Assembly (NCBI GenBank): GCA_965198005.1
Contig: CBDAOI010000002.1
Span: 352,001 to 416,000, forward strand
Source: Spirochaetia bacterium
GTDB lineage: Bacteria > Spirochaetota > Spirochaetia > SZUA-6 > Bin103
DNA: 64,000 bases
Reading direction: 5' to 3'
The position numbers and the translations under genes are program-made. The notes under the pieces were generated by a model. The model ran no database searches. It was not told where the DNA came from and worked only from the letters and a program-made list of their open reading frames with translations. Shown here one piece after another: positions 38,803 through 48,331 of this stretch. Numbering within the stretch: the stretch's first letter is position 1; each line of letters starts with the position of its first letter.

Positions 38803-39259
38803 CGTTCGTTACGCTCGCACGGGAGTGTATCCTGGCTGGCCGTCGGCCAGCCACCGAGGCGAATGCACGCGCGAGCAGACTGGCCGCCCTCGGCGAGCTG
38901 ACCGCCGGCGTCGCGCAAGAGATCACGACCTCGCTGGTGCAGACGCTGCCGATGGCGGCGCGCGTCATCTCCCGGCCGAGCAGCGCGGTCTCCCTGGCGC
39001 GTTCAGCCTCGATACCAACGAGATGTTCGCGGAGTGATGCGGGGCGCGGCGGTCGGCATTGGCGCGCCGAGCGATACGGTTCGGGTGCGGCTCTTTTAGG
39101 ACGACCCCAGAGGGGGGTGAGGTGGCCTGAAGGGGAGCAGGCATTCGCTCAGTCAGACGGATGCGGCGCACTGCGATCGAGTGGTGAGATGCCCGCGGGA
39201 CTCTGCCGAGCCTTCAGCCGCCAACGCGTGACCCGCCTTCCACAGGTATTCCAGCACGT

Positions 39260-40758
39260 GAAAGATGTCGGGCTGTCGCCATCGGCGGCCAGCTTCGGCT
39301 GCAGATCGCCGAGTCCTTCGCGGCCGAAACCGCGGCGTACTTCCTGCAGCAGTTCGACGCCCCGGCGCTGGAAGCAGAACACGTAGCTCTCGTCCAGCAG
39401 CGGTCGCCGGTCTTGCGCGCGTAGGGCTGGCGCAGGATACGGCCCACGAGCTGGGTCAGCGCGCGCTTCGAGCTGGGACGGGTCAGAATCGCCAACACGT
39501 AGGCGAACGCACAGTCCCACCCCTCCTGCAGCGCCTGCTTGGCGATGATGAAGCGGATCGGGCAGTCGCGCCCCAAGAGGCCCCCGGAGCCGGCGTCGTC
39601 CACCTGCTTCAGGTCGTCGCGCGCGCTGGTCTTGATGGCGATCTGTTCTGCGGCGATGTCCGGATGCTCCAGCAGGTACTCGCGGGCGTCCTCGGCGTGC
39701 ACGACCCCCGGTTGACGCTGGTCGCGGCCGGTGCGCTCCACCTGAATCAGGCAGATCGGTCGAATATCAATGCCGGTGGCGGCCTCGTGCCGCCGGGCGC
39801 GCTGCTCCAGCTTTGCCCGGTGCTCGATCGCGGCCAGCAGGGTGTCCTTCCAGCTTGCGCTCGACCGATTCTTGATGTTCAAGTCGAGCTTGATCATCTG
39901 TTCCGCGTTCAGGTCCCGGCCCAGAATCTCGATCAGCACGTTGGCCTCGGCGGTCGGGGTCGCCGAAAGCTCGACGATGAGGGAGGGATTGAACCCCTCC
40001 AGCGTCGCCTTGGCGTTGCGGCTGTACGCCTTGTGCCCCTCGTCGAGCACGATCATGGGACGCAGCAGGCGCAGCGTGTTGCCCAGCGAGGTCTTGACTT
40101 GCCGCCCCCAGAAGCCGCCCGCCGACCCGGCGGTTCCGAACGGGTCGAGGTTGGGTACCCGCTTCAGCAGAGCGGCATGCCCCTTGACGTCGTCGTCGCC
40201 GGGGAAGAAGCGATCGAAACCGCCGCTGTCGCGGAACATTCGCAGTTGTTCCTTGGTCTCGCGGTTGGCCGACGGCAGCATCAGCAGCAGGATGCACAGG
40301 TGGTCGGCCACGTCGGCCGGTGCGAAGCCGCTACGCTTCTCCGGAATCATGGTGCGCCCGGCGGAGGCCAGATCGAGTTGCTGGCGGTAGGGATGGTCGC
40401 GGTCCTTGAGCGCCATGAGGGTCTGGCGGTAGATCTGCGTGGTCGGCACGACCCACAGCACGAGCGGTCTGCCGATAGAGGAACTTGCTGTTGACCAGAT
40501 CGATAACGCGCGTCGCCAGCAGCGTCTTGCCGCCACCGGGGGAATCTTCAGGCAGAATGACGGCAGCGGCTCACCGGTACCGGTGGTGCGCCGGTGGTAG
40601 TCGCGTGCCGGCACCGCCGTCTCCCACGCTTCACGCACCCAATCGAGATTCGGGTGGGACGCGCGAGCTTGCGCCGCCAACGTGCGCTGGCGCGCAAGCT
40701 CACTCAGGAGACCGCGCACCGCGGCCAGTGTGCGCCGCTGAAACTCCTTGAGGATCAT
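39260..40758 (-). pseudogene. res: Type III restriction Res subunit, N-terminal helicase part
   Basis: Walker A GGGKT out of frame near 40535; LDEGH, SAT, LQEGWD, QLVGRILR; truncated at the 3' end. Confidence 0.85.
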
Positions 40759-41012
40759 GTGGCGCGCTGCACGCCGCCGCTCGCAAAGCTCTCGATCGCC
40801 TGGTAGATCTGGAACGGCAACTGGCAGAAGGAGATGCGGTACTCCTCCAGAAATTCCTCGTCCAGGTACTTGGTGGCTGCGAACACCAGCCGGTCGGAAC
40901 GCCTCGGCTTGGGCAGCGAACGGGCGAACTCCAGCGTGAGCGCCAAGTCCTTGATCTTTTCCCTATCCGGCTCGTAGATCAGGTACACCGGTCCGTCAGT
41001 CGACGGCAGCAT
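40755..41012 (-). pseudogene. mod: Type III Mod C-terminal remnant
   Basis: VYLIYEPD..LALT..RLVFA..KY..FCQLPFQIY; ATGA overlap with res. Confidence 0.7.
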
Positions 41013-41047
41013 CCAGGGCCGTGCGGTTGGCCGTCAAGCGCGCGATT

Positions 41048-41497
41048 TCAGTACGGGCTGGCGGACTCGTCCCCTTCCGCCACGCCCCGCACCGCGAACC
41101 CGACAGCGCGGGCGGCCGTCCCCAACTGCCCGTCGTGGGTCAGAAACTCGTCGATCTGGCGGTTGCGTCGCTCATGGACGACGAGCGCACTTGTCAGGTG
41201 AATAGCATCCAACGTACCGACGACCGTCGGGAAGGACCGGCTTGCCCGGGTGAGGAGTGCGGCGGAAACGCGGACCCGGTAGACGGATTTCCAGAACGTG
41301 ACGAACCGCTCGTGCACAAAGACACGTTCGTGATCATTCAGGTCGCCGCCGAGGCGGAGCCGGTCGATAGTCCGGTGAAACTCGACCCGGCAGATCTCGC
41401 TGGTGTAGGCGGCCTGCCAGTGTCCCCACTCTTCGAGCGACGGATCCTGGTTGAGCAACCAGCTCAGCACCACCGACGTGTCGAGGTAGACCGTCAT
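41048..41497 (-). CDS. vapC: VapC/PIN toxin
   Basis: YLDTS, VE, TLDAIHL, THD. Confidence 0.88.
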   Translation of the reverse strand: MTVYLDTSVVLSWLLNQDPSLEEWGHWQAAYTSEICRVEFHRTIDRLRLGGDLNDHERVFVHERFVTFWKSVYRVRVSAALLTRASRSFPTVVGTLDAIHLTSALVVHERRNRQIDEFLTHDGQLGTAARAVGFAVRGVAEGDESASPY

Positions 41498-41745
41498 CGC
41501 CGCCTGCGGTCGGCCAGCAGCGCGGCTACCCCCGGAATGGATCTGCCGGACGGTAAGCGGTCGAGGCGGGCAAGCGCCTCGGGTGGTTCGGTCGGCTCTT
41601 CGATGAGCAACTCCTCTTCGACGGCCGGGACCAACCTGGCAACGCTCTGACGGTAGGAGGTGATGTCAATCGTGGCTCCCGTTCGCACCATCCCAAGGTA
41701 CGTTCCGAGCCGAGACTTCAACTCTGCGGTACTGACTTGGATCAT
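41494..41745 (-). CDS. Phd/YefM antitoxin
   Basis: VSTAELKSRLGTYL..V..G..I.IT...VARLVP. Confidence 0.85.
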   Translation of the reverse strand: MIQVSTAELKSRLGTYLGMVRTGATIDITSYRQSVARLVPAVEEELLIEEPTEPPEALARLDRLPSGRSIPGVAALLADRRRR

Positions 41746-41783
41746 GACCGCATCTTGGTCAAGCCATGGACAATGTTCAAGGG

Positions 41784-44183
41784 TCAAACATCGGGGGTTT
41801 GCCCATTCCTCGTAGACTGAACGGCAATCGCGGAGCGGAGTAGATCGAGCTTGCCGGAGTCCACGGTATTTCCCACGTGGGCACGCTCGGCGGTCTCTAC
41901 CAGCAGGCGCATGTGCGTAATGTCCTCCGCGTACTGCGCAAGCCGCCGCTGGTGACCGGCGCGCGTCTTGGTGCAGACCAGCGTGTAGGGACGGCCCTTG
42001 CGTTCGGTCTCGTGGAGCAGGTCGAGCCCGTTACCGTCGATGATCCCGTGGAGATGCCGGCGCAGTTCCTTGCGGAGCGGAAGCCGCAGCACTCTCTCCC
42101 GCGGGTCGGCGTAGAACCGTTGCAGTTCGCGGCAATGCGGGCACTGACACGAAATCGAGGCCCCCAGCGCCCAGTCGCTCGGTGCCGCGGGCGGCCGCGC
42201 GCTCCTTGCCAGCAGGTAGCCGGCGGCATGGTGCCACAGCGCCTTGAACGCCGGGGCTGCCGTTGGGCGCTGCGGCAGGACCGCAAGTTCCGCCAGCGCC
42301 GCCGGCAGCGTCCGATCGGGCGGCGCGGCTACCGGGTGTTCGATCAGCAGTGCCGCGGCTGCGTCCGCCTCTTGAGCCAGATCGAAATGCCACGCGAGGG
42401 CCAACAGGTTGCGGATCGTGGCGGCGTCCACGGGTGGCGGAGGTTTGCGCAGAGATCGATTCCCGTGGGCGTTGGTCCGCTGCTCCAGGGCGCCGGAGAT
42501 GGTCCGCAACAGGAGTTGCGTGGCGTTGCGCAGTGCGTCGTGCCAGCCCGCGTCCTGCCCCTCGGCCGGAACCAGGATGAGCCGCCATACGAGATCGATC
42601 ACACCATCCGTGCGCGACAGCAGATTGGCGTCGATGAATTCCGGCAGCCAGTCGCGGAGCGCTGCCGGGGTAACCACCGCGGCCAACTCGGCGTTCAGCC
42701 CACCGGAGTAGATCGCCGTGGTAACGTCATGCAGGAAGCGGAGCGTGATGGACTGGTCACCCAGCCGGCACAGCAGCCGGAGCGCGGCACGGCAGCTCCG
42801 TTCGACATCCGTCCGGCGCCCGGGCGGCGGCGCCGGCCACGCGTCGATGAGCTGCGTGGCAAGGTCGCGCAGGCGGCCATGCGCGGCCTCCGAATGGTCG
42901 TTGCGTTCCAACTCCTCGGCGACGTAGGCGACGCTGGAGCCGATACCGGCGCCGGCCAGCGTGGCGACGGTCCGTGCGCGCGGCCACAGCACCAGCGCCG
43001 CCGAGCGATACGCGCGCTCGATTTCGACCCCCGCGTTGCCCGTGGCCTCGTTCACCGACTCGTCATCCGGATCGGCGTCGTCCAGAGCGCCGACGGGCAG
43101 CAGTTCGCGCGCCCGCAACGGCAGCTTGCCGTACTCCGGCCTGACGTCGTCCGGCGCTACCCAATCATCGAGCCAGTGCTCGGAATCGAGCACCTCCCCG
43201 GCCTCAAGATCGCTGTCGTCCAGGTCGACACCGTAGGGCAGGTCCTGCGGGTACTCCGCGGCGCAGGACTCCTCGATATGCAGAATCGCGGCGTACAGGG
43301 CACAGTCCGCGCGCCGAGCCGCTTCGGCCAGGGTCCGAGCCACTGCGGCGTCGGTGTTCTTCAAGGCCGAGAACGAGAGCCCCTCCTCGCTGTACTCGTG
43401 CTCCAGCAGCCAGACGATCTTCTCCGCGCCCTGCGTGCTACGGTCCCACTGCGCCAGCAGGGCTGCGATGCGCTCCGTCAGCACGTCGTAGTCGGGTGCC
43501 CGCTCCAGCCCGCCGTGGTCGCCGCCGCGCAGCAGCAGTTGGTAGACCAGAACGATGCGGTGGCCGGTGGCGACCGGCCGGGTCTCGTGCACGCAGTCGG
43601 CGTAGAATGCCGCGAAGGCCAGCTCCGAGGGATCCTCGGTGCGCAGGTCGATCACCGCCTCATTCTGCTTGTGGCGGATCACCAGCTCGCCGCCCGTGCC
43701 GGCGACCGGCAGCGAGATCACCAGCGTTCCGACCATCCCGGTCGCCTTCTCGCTGTCGCGGTGGGCGCTGAAGAACCCTCCCGGCTCGTAGACCAGCAGC
43801 TTGTAGAGGCGCGCCTCGGTGCGCTCGCGGGGGCAGCCGAGTCCCTCCGCTGCGCGGCCGATGATCTGCGCCAACGTCTCGCTCCATGCCCCGCCGCCCA
43901 CGTCGACCTTGTCCGCGTCGATCTGCCAGCAGTCGCGGACCGATCGGTCCAGCACCGTCTCCGACCCCCTGCCGTACGGCGCCCGTTCCGCCGCCGCCAC
44001 CAGAGCCTCGGCCTGGGCGGGCGGAACCGGAAAAGGAATCAACCCGGCGCCCGCAACCTCCAGGCGCGGTAGCGGCGCGAACAGCCGGCCATGGGTGCAG
44101 TACTCGCCGGGGCGGTCAATTGATTCCAGCAACCCTTCCAGGGCTGATTGAGCGGGATGATATTCGACTTCGAAGTTGGACAT
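41784..44183 (-). CDS. Large 2OG-Fe(II) oxygenase-domain protein, copy B
   Basis: Full-length paralog of 36436-38802; HRD...H...R motif; CQCPHC. Confidence 0.88.
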   Translation of the reverse strand: MSNFEVEYHPAQSALEGLLESIDRPGEYCTHGRLFAPLPRLEVAGAGLIPFPVPPAQAEALVAAAERAPYGRGSETVLDRSVRDCWQIDADKVDVGGGAWSETLAQIIGRAAEGLGCPRERTEARLYKLLVYEPGGFFSAHRDSEKATGMVGTLVISLPVAGTGGELVIRHKQNEAVIDLRTEDPSELAFAAFYADCVHETRPVATGHRIVLVYQLLLRGGDHGGLERAPDYDVLTERIAALLAQWDRSTQGAEKIVWLLEHEYSEEGLSFSALKNTDAAVARTLAEAARRADCALYAAILHIEESCAAEYPQDLPYGVDLDDSDLEAGEVLDSEHWLDDWVAPDDVRPEYGKLPLRARELLPVGALDDADPDDESVNEATGNAGVEIERAYRSAALVLWPRARTVATLAGAGIGSSVAYVAEELERNDHSEAAHGRLRDLATQLIDAWPAPPPGRRTDVERSCRAALRLLCRLGDQSITLRFLHDVTTAIYSGGLNAELAAVVTPAALRDWLPEFIDANLLSRTDGVIDLVWRLILVPAEGQDAGWHDALRNATQLLLRTISGALEQRTNAHGNRSLRKPPPPVDAATIRNLLALAWHFDLAQEADAAAALLIEHPVAAPPDRTLPAALAELAVLPQRPTAAPAFKALWHHAAGYLLARSARPPAAPSDWALGASISCQCPHCRELQRFYADPRERVLRLPLRKELRRHLHGIIDGNGLDLLHETERKGRPYTLVCTKTRAGHQRRLAQYAEDITHMRLLVETAERAHVGNTVDSGKLDLLRSAIAVQSTRNGQTPDV

Positions 44184-44289
44184 CGATCACTACGCTTGGT
44201 GCGGGAGTGTAGCCCACGTGGTCGGCGCCTCGCCACCGGCCGTGAATGCATACACGATGGTCTGCACAGGTCGGCTCGGGTAGCGGGCG

Positions 44290-44617
44290 ACTCGGCACGC
44301 GAGCGTGGCCTGCGCTACCAGTCTGTGGCCGACAGGGTCCACCGTTACGGCGAAGCCTTCCAGGGTTCGGACGCCCAGCAACACCTGATCGCCCCTCCGC
44401 CCGAACACTACCTCGTCGGTGGTCTCGTACCCTTCGGCGCGCACGATGGCGTACCCGATCTCGCGCTGCAGCCGTTCCCCGGAAGCCGTAACGAAGGTTC
44501 GCTTGCGCCGCGGCGATGCCGATTGCGGTCACCAGCCACGCTCGGATCCGGTAGATCGGTTCGGCGCGTCTCGTTCTTCGGATTCACCGCCACGACGCTT
44601 ACCCTGAATGCGCTCAT
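44290..44617 (-). pseudogene. Clan AA aspartyl-protease-like small gene, degraded
   Basis: MSAFRVSVVAVNP, TGSE remnant, DEVVFG..D..LLGVRTLEGF..VDPV; several indels. Confidence 0.6.
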
Positions 44618-44798
44618 CGGCCCTGGCACGTATCATATCACTTTCGAGCTGGCGGCGCCCATGTCCGGTACGTATGGTGATGCCTGTGACGCCGGCGACG
44701 TTTGAGCAGGTACGACGGGACGGCGTAATCTGAGCGCAGGATTTAAGGAGAGGTCAGGTCATGAGTCCCACCCTTCTTCCGCCCGTCTTGGGAAGCCT

Positions 44799-44858
44799 GT
44801 GAAGTCGGGGTTGGTAGCCGCGAAGGCCCGTGGCAAGCGCCTTGGGCGCCCGCCTGGT
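44799..44858 (+). mobile_element. Serine recombinase (resolvase/invertase) fragment
   Basis: VKSGLVAAKARGKRLGRPPG. Confidence 0.6.
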
Positions 44859-44880
44859 CATCCAGTCTGATCGCCGTATG

Positions 44881-45431
44881 CCGCCGCCCACGTCGACCTT
44901 GTCCGCGTCGATCTGCCAGCAGTCGCGGACCTGATCGGTCGCCCCTGCCAGCAGCGGCACCAGGCGTCTCCGTAACGAACTCCTCGGTAGCCGTACTACC
45001 CAAGATATCCGATTCCGTTCACGCCGACTCGCGCCATCAGCCAACAGCAACGAAACCGCATCTTCACTGAACGCGTTCGTGCTAACGTCCGGAAGTTCAG
45101 GAATCACGAAGTGGAGTAACACGTTCCTGAACTTAGATCTCGGCTTGTTGCGACGAAACCTTAAGTGAAAAGGAATCAACCCGGCGCCCGCAACCTCCAG
45201 GCGCGGTAGCGGCGCGAACAGCCGGCCATGGGTGCAGTACTCGCCGGGGCGGTCAATTGATTGCCGGCCAGCAACCCTAATCCCAGACATGCCCATGTCG
45301 CGTTCAACGATTTCGGCGAGGTCGGAGCGTGCGGCGCAAAGGGGTTGAAGAGCCGGCAACGGGAGTACATGTTGCGCTATTCGATTTCGAAGTTCGCCAT
45401 TGATCGTTACGTCCGGCAGGAAGTGTAGTCG
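44881..45431 (-). repeat. Three ordered pieces of the oxygenase 5' end interleaved with foreign DNA
   Basis: 44881-44940 matches 43891-43949; 45167-45262 is identical to 44030-44125; 45378-45431 is the leader. Confidence 0.88.
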
Positions 45432-45499
45432 ACTGGCCGGCGACGCGCCATCGACGCGAATGTTCGGTGTGGAGCGGCACGACCCTAATCGGTGCCGCC

Positions 45500-46245
45500 G
45501 GCGCCGCCGGCCCACCGCCCGCCAGCTCGGTGAGCCGGCGCTGCCATTCGGCTTCGTCGACTACCTCGAAACGCATCGACTTGCCCTGCATCGCCGAGAC
45601 GAACTCGGCCCAATCGCGCCGGGTGGCATGCTGCGAGCAGATGTCGAACACCGAGCGCTTGTATTCGGTGTCGGCGGCTTCCTTGAGGTGCAGGCCCTTG
45701 GTTTCGACCACGAACACCTGATGGAAGGCGTCGTCGGTGTCCGGATCGTCGGGCTTCAGGGTGAAGATGAAGTCGGCGTAGATCCGTCCGCGCTTCCAGC
45801 CCTGGACGTAGTAGTCCTGGCGCGCGCGGTTGCGGTACCAGAAGAACAGACGCTCCTGCTGGTCGTGAAAGGTGGCTACCCGATTCTCCAGCTCGTTCAG
45901 GTCCTCCTCGCTCGTACGGTCGAACAGATTGAGCAAGTACTGGCCGCCGTCGTCACGGTTGGCCTGCCGGCCGGCGCTGGTCTTGATCTGTCGGGGAAGA
46001 CGATTGAAGCCCAGGTCCTCGGCCGCCACGATGAACCGCATCGTGCCGTCTTCGAGCAGCTCGGTGAACACGCCACGCGTCAGCCGGTCGCGTTCGGCCT
46101 CCAGACGTTTGTGCAACTCCTCCAGGATGAAGCCGTAGTTGCCGCAGACTTCCTACAACAATTCGACGCCGCGGCGCTGGAAGCAGAACACGTAGCTTTC
46201 GTCCAGCCACCGGTCGCCGGTCTTGCGCGCATGGGGGCTGGCGCT
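45500..46245 (-). pseudogene. res: Type III Res, C-terminal nuclease part (second allele)
   Basis: IYADFI..VVETKG, DTEYK; 46152-46243 is a diverged match to 39345-39435. Confidence 0.8.
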
Positions 46246-46370
46246 GGTTGAGCGCCAGGACCGCGTGTGCCGTAGTCCCCGATCCGGCGAACGAGTCAAG
46301 AATGATGGAGTCTTCGTCGGCAGACAGCCTTATCACTTGCTTCAGTAGCTCAACCGGCTTAGTGGTCGTG
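46246..46370 (-). pseudogene. mod: Type III Mod methyltransferase fragment
   Basis: KPVELL...IILDSFAGSGTTAHAVLALN. Confidence 0.8.
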
Positions 46371-46544
46371 ATGATGTCGGAAACGTCGACCGCAACCCGG
46401 CGCTGGAGCTGAGCCTCAGGGCGGACCCAGCGGAGTCCCAGGAGACCTTGACCCAGCTCGCGGTGGCGCGGCTGATCGAGTTCCTGGAAGACCAACAACA
46501 GGCCAGCCGCGAGGGGCTGCAGGCGACAGCCAGGTAGTGGTGGT

Positions 46545-46934
46545 TCATGCTCCCGCCCACGGGTCGATTACTTCTATCTCTGTTCCTGAGAAATCCTGAA
46601 CATTCCGCGTCGCCACGGCCATGCCTCGCGATCGCGCGATGGCCGCTATCTGACAATCCGCTTGCGAGATTGGACGCCCAACGGCACGACGGACGGCGGC
46701 AATATCCGCATAGGAGCGGGCCGCGGTGCTGTCGAACGGCAGAACCCGCCCGGCGAACAGACTGCCGAGTGTTCGTTCGGCAGCGTCAGCGAGATTCCGG
46801 CGGCGTGCACCCTCGGACAGAAAGGCTATACCAGTGCGGACCTCTGCCTCCGTCACCGCCGTCACGAAAAACTCCTGAGCTGGCCGACTGTCCATCCAGG
46901 CAAGAACCTCCGGATGTGGAGAATCGAGCATCAT
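46545..46934 (-). CDS. FitB-like PIN toxin, possibly with a short N-terminal deletion
   Basis: TEAE, ADCQIAAIA, VATRNVQDF; the usual TNV.SE after LD is missing. Confidence 0.8.
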   Translation of the reverse strand: MMLDSPHPEVLAWMDSRPAQEFFVTAVTEAEVRTGIAFLSEGARRRNLADAAERTLGSLFAGRVLPFDSTAARSYADIAAVRRAVGRPISQADCQIAAIARSRGMAVATRNVQDFSGTEIEVIDPWAGA

Positions 46935-47149
46935 TTCGGATGCGGTAACTCCAACTCAACCCCACCGAAGGGTTTGAACAGTTCGTGGATAGCCGTACCC
47001 AAGCCCTTCGCGGGCACGTCCTCCTGTCCGACGACCTCGCGCAGAATCAACCGCACTTCCTCTTCCATGGAACGGCCATTGTCCGCCGCCCGCACGCGCA
47101 GCCGCGTCTTTACCTGGTCGTCGAGATTGCGAATCGTGATACTCGCCAT
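46931..47149 (-). CDS. FitA-like antitoxin
   Basis: MASITIRNLDD.VK.RLRVRAA.NGRSMEEE.R.IL. Confidence 0.88.
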   Translation of the reverse strand: MASITIRNLDDQVKTRLRVRAADNGRSMEEEVRLILREVVGQEDVPAKGLGTAIHELFKPFGGVELELPHPK

Positions 47150-47297
47150 GATCGATCATGCCCCCGTCAGTACAATCCACCCTACATGGATGCTTGCGAT
47201 GCAATCAAGCGCTGAGCGCCTCAACGAAAGCATCCTACCGGAGCATCTGGCGCCATGACAGGAGTATCACCGATGACGCGCGGCCTGGCAAGAACGC

Positions 47298-47400
47298 GTT
47301 ACCCCTCAATGCTGCCGATCATGACGCCCTTGACGAGGTAGCGCTGGATCAAGGGGTAGACGCACAGGATGGGGGTGACGGCAACCACGATCATCGCCGT
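47298..47400 (-). pseudogene. Carbohydrate ABC permease C-terminal scrap
   Basis: MIVVAVTPILCVYPLIQRYLVKGVMIGSIEG*; next to an oxygenase scrap (QYCTHGRLFAP, ~47416-47450). Confidence 0.7.
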
Positions 47401-47527
47401 ATTCAGGCGTGGTCACCGGTGCGAACAGCCGGCCATGCGTGCAGTACTGCCGGCGCCGCCCGGCGGGGTTGTGGCCGTTGTCCCGGAGGGGCCGTGCCGA
47501 GTAGTATTGTGTACGGCGAGTACGGAG

Positions 47528-48271
47528 ATGGCCTTCACCGTAGCCGATGTTCGGGATTTGGTGCGATTGCTGGACGAACAGCCGGACTGGCGTGCCGAGG
47601 TCCGCCGGCAACTTCTCACCGACGAGTTGCTGGCCATGCCGGAGCAGATCGCCCAGCAGCGGCGAGACATCCAGCGGATCGAAGAGCAGATTGCCCGGCA
47701 GCGGCGAGACATCCACCGGATCGAAGGACAGCTCGTGGAGCAGCGGCGAGCAACAGATCGGCGTTTTCAGCAGGTCGAAGATCAGATCGCCGCTCTGACC
47801 CGTACCGTCGACACCCTCACGAACGACGTTGGCGAACTGAAAGGAGACAGTCTGGAGCGCCGCTACCGCGAGAAGGCCGGCGCCTACTTCGGCCGTCTGC
47901 TGCGGCGTACCCACGTCCTGAGCGACGACGAACTGAACAAGCTGCTCGACGACGCGGTCGCGCAGGGGGTGCTCACCGAGGACGAGTGCGATGAAGTGAT
48001 CTGGGCCGACGCCATCGTGCGCGGCCGGCGCCGTGGCGACCGCGCACAGGTGGTGGCCGTCGCCGAGGTCTCGTGGGGCGTAGGAATCAAAGACGTGGAA
48101 CGCGCGTCGCGCCGCGCGGACCTGCTGGCCCGGGTCGGCTTCACCACCCTGCCGGTCGTGGGCGGCAAGGCGGTGACCCGAGAGGCGGCGGAGCTGGCCC
48201 GGCAGAAAGGGGTGTGGCAACTGTTCGACGGCAGGCTGGTAGCCCCCGACGCGGCCGGCGAACCGGAATAG
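47528..48271 (+). CDS. Coiled-coil protein with a degenerate PD-(D/E)xK-like C-terminus
   Basis: DLVRLL...W..EVRR.LLTDELL, 14-aa repeats, LKGDSLE, ADAIVRG..AEVS. Confidence 0.75.
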   Translation: MAFTVADVRDLVRLLDEQPDWRAEVRRQLLTDELLAMPEQIAQQRRDIQRIEEQIARQRRDIHRIEGQLVEQRRATDRRFQQVEDQIAALTRTVDTLTNDVGELKGDSLERRYREKAGAYFGRLLRRTHVLSDDELNKLLDDAVAQGVLTEDECDEVIWADAIVRGRRRGDRAQVVAVAEVSWGVGIKDVERASRRADLLARVGFTTLPVVGGKAVTREAAELARQKGVWQLFDGRLVAPDAAGEPE

Positions 48272-48331
48272 ACTGCGCCCCGCCTTCCGGTAGCGCGCCG
48301 GTTGCCGCCCGACGTGCTCGTACTGGTCGCG

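Noticed and set aside
38870-39040. RLAALGELTAGVAQEI, resembling a histidine kinase H-box
   Set aside because: Too short, lacks the His and has no surrounding ORF; at most another scrap.
35868-47450. Integron or diversity-generating retroelement explanation for the mosaic
   Set aside because: No integron integrase, attC-like sites or reverse transcriptase seen, and allele differences are not obviously adenine-specific.
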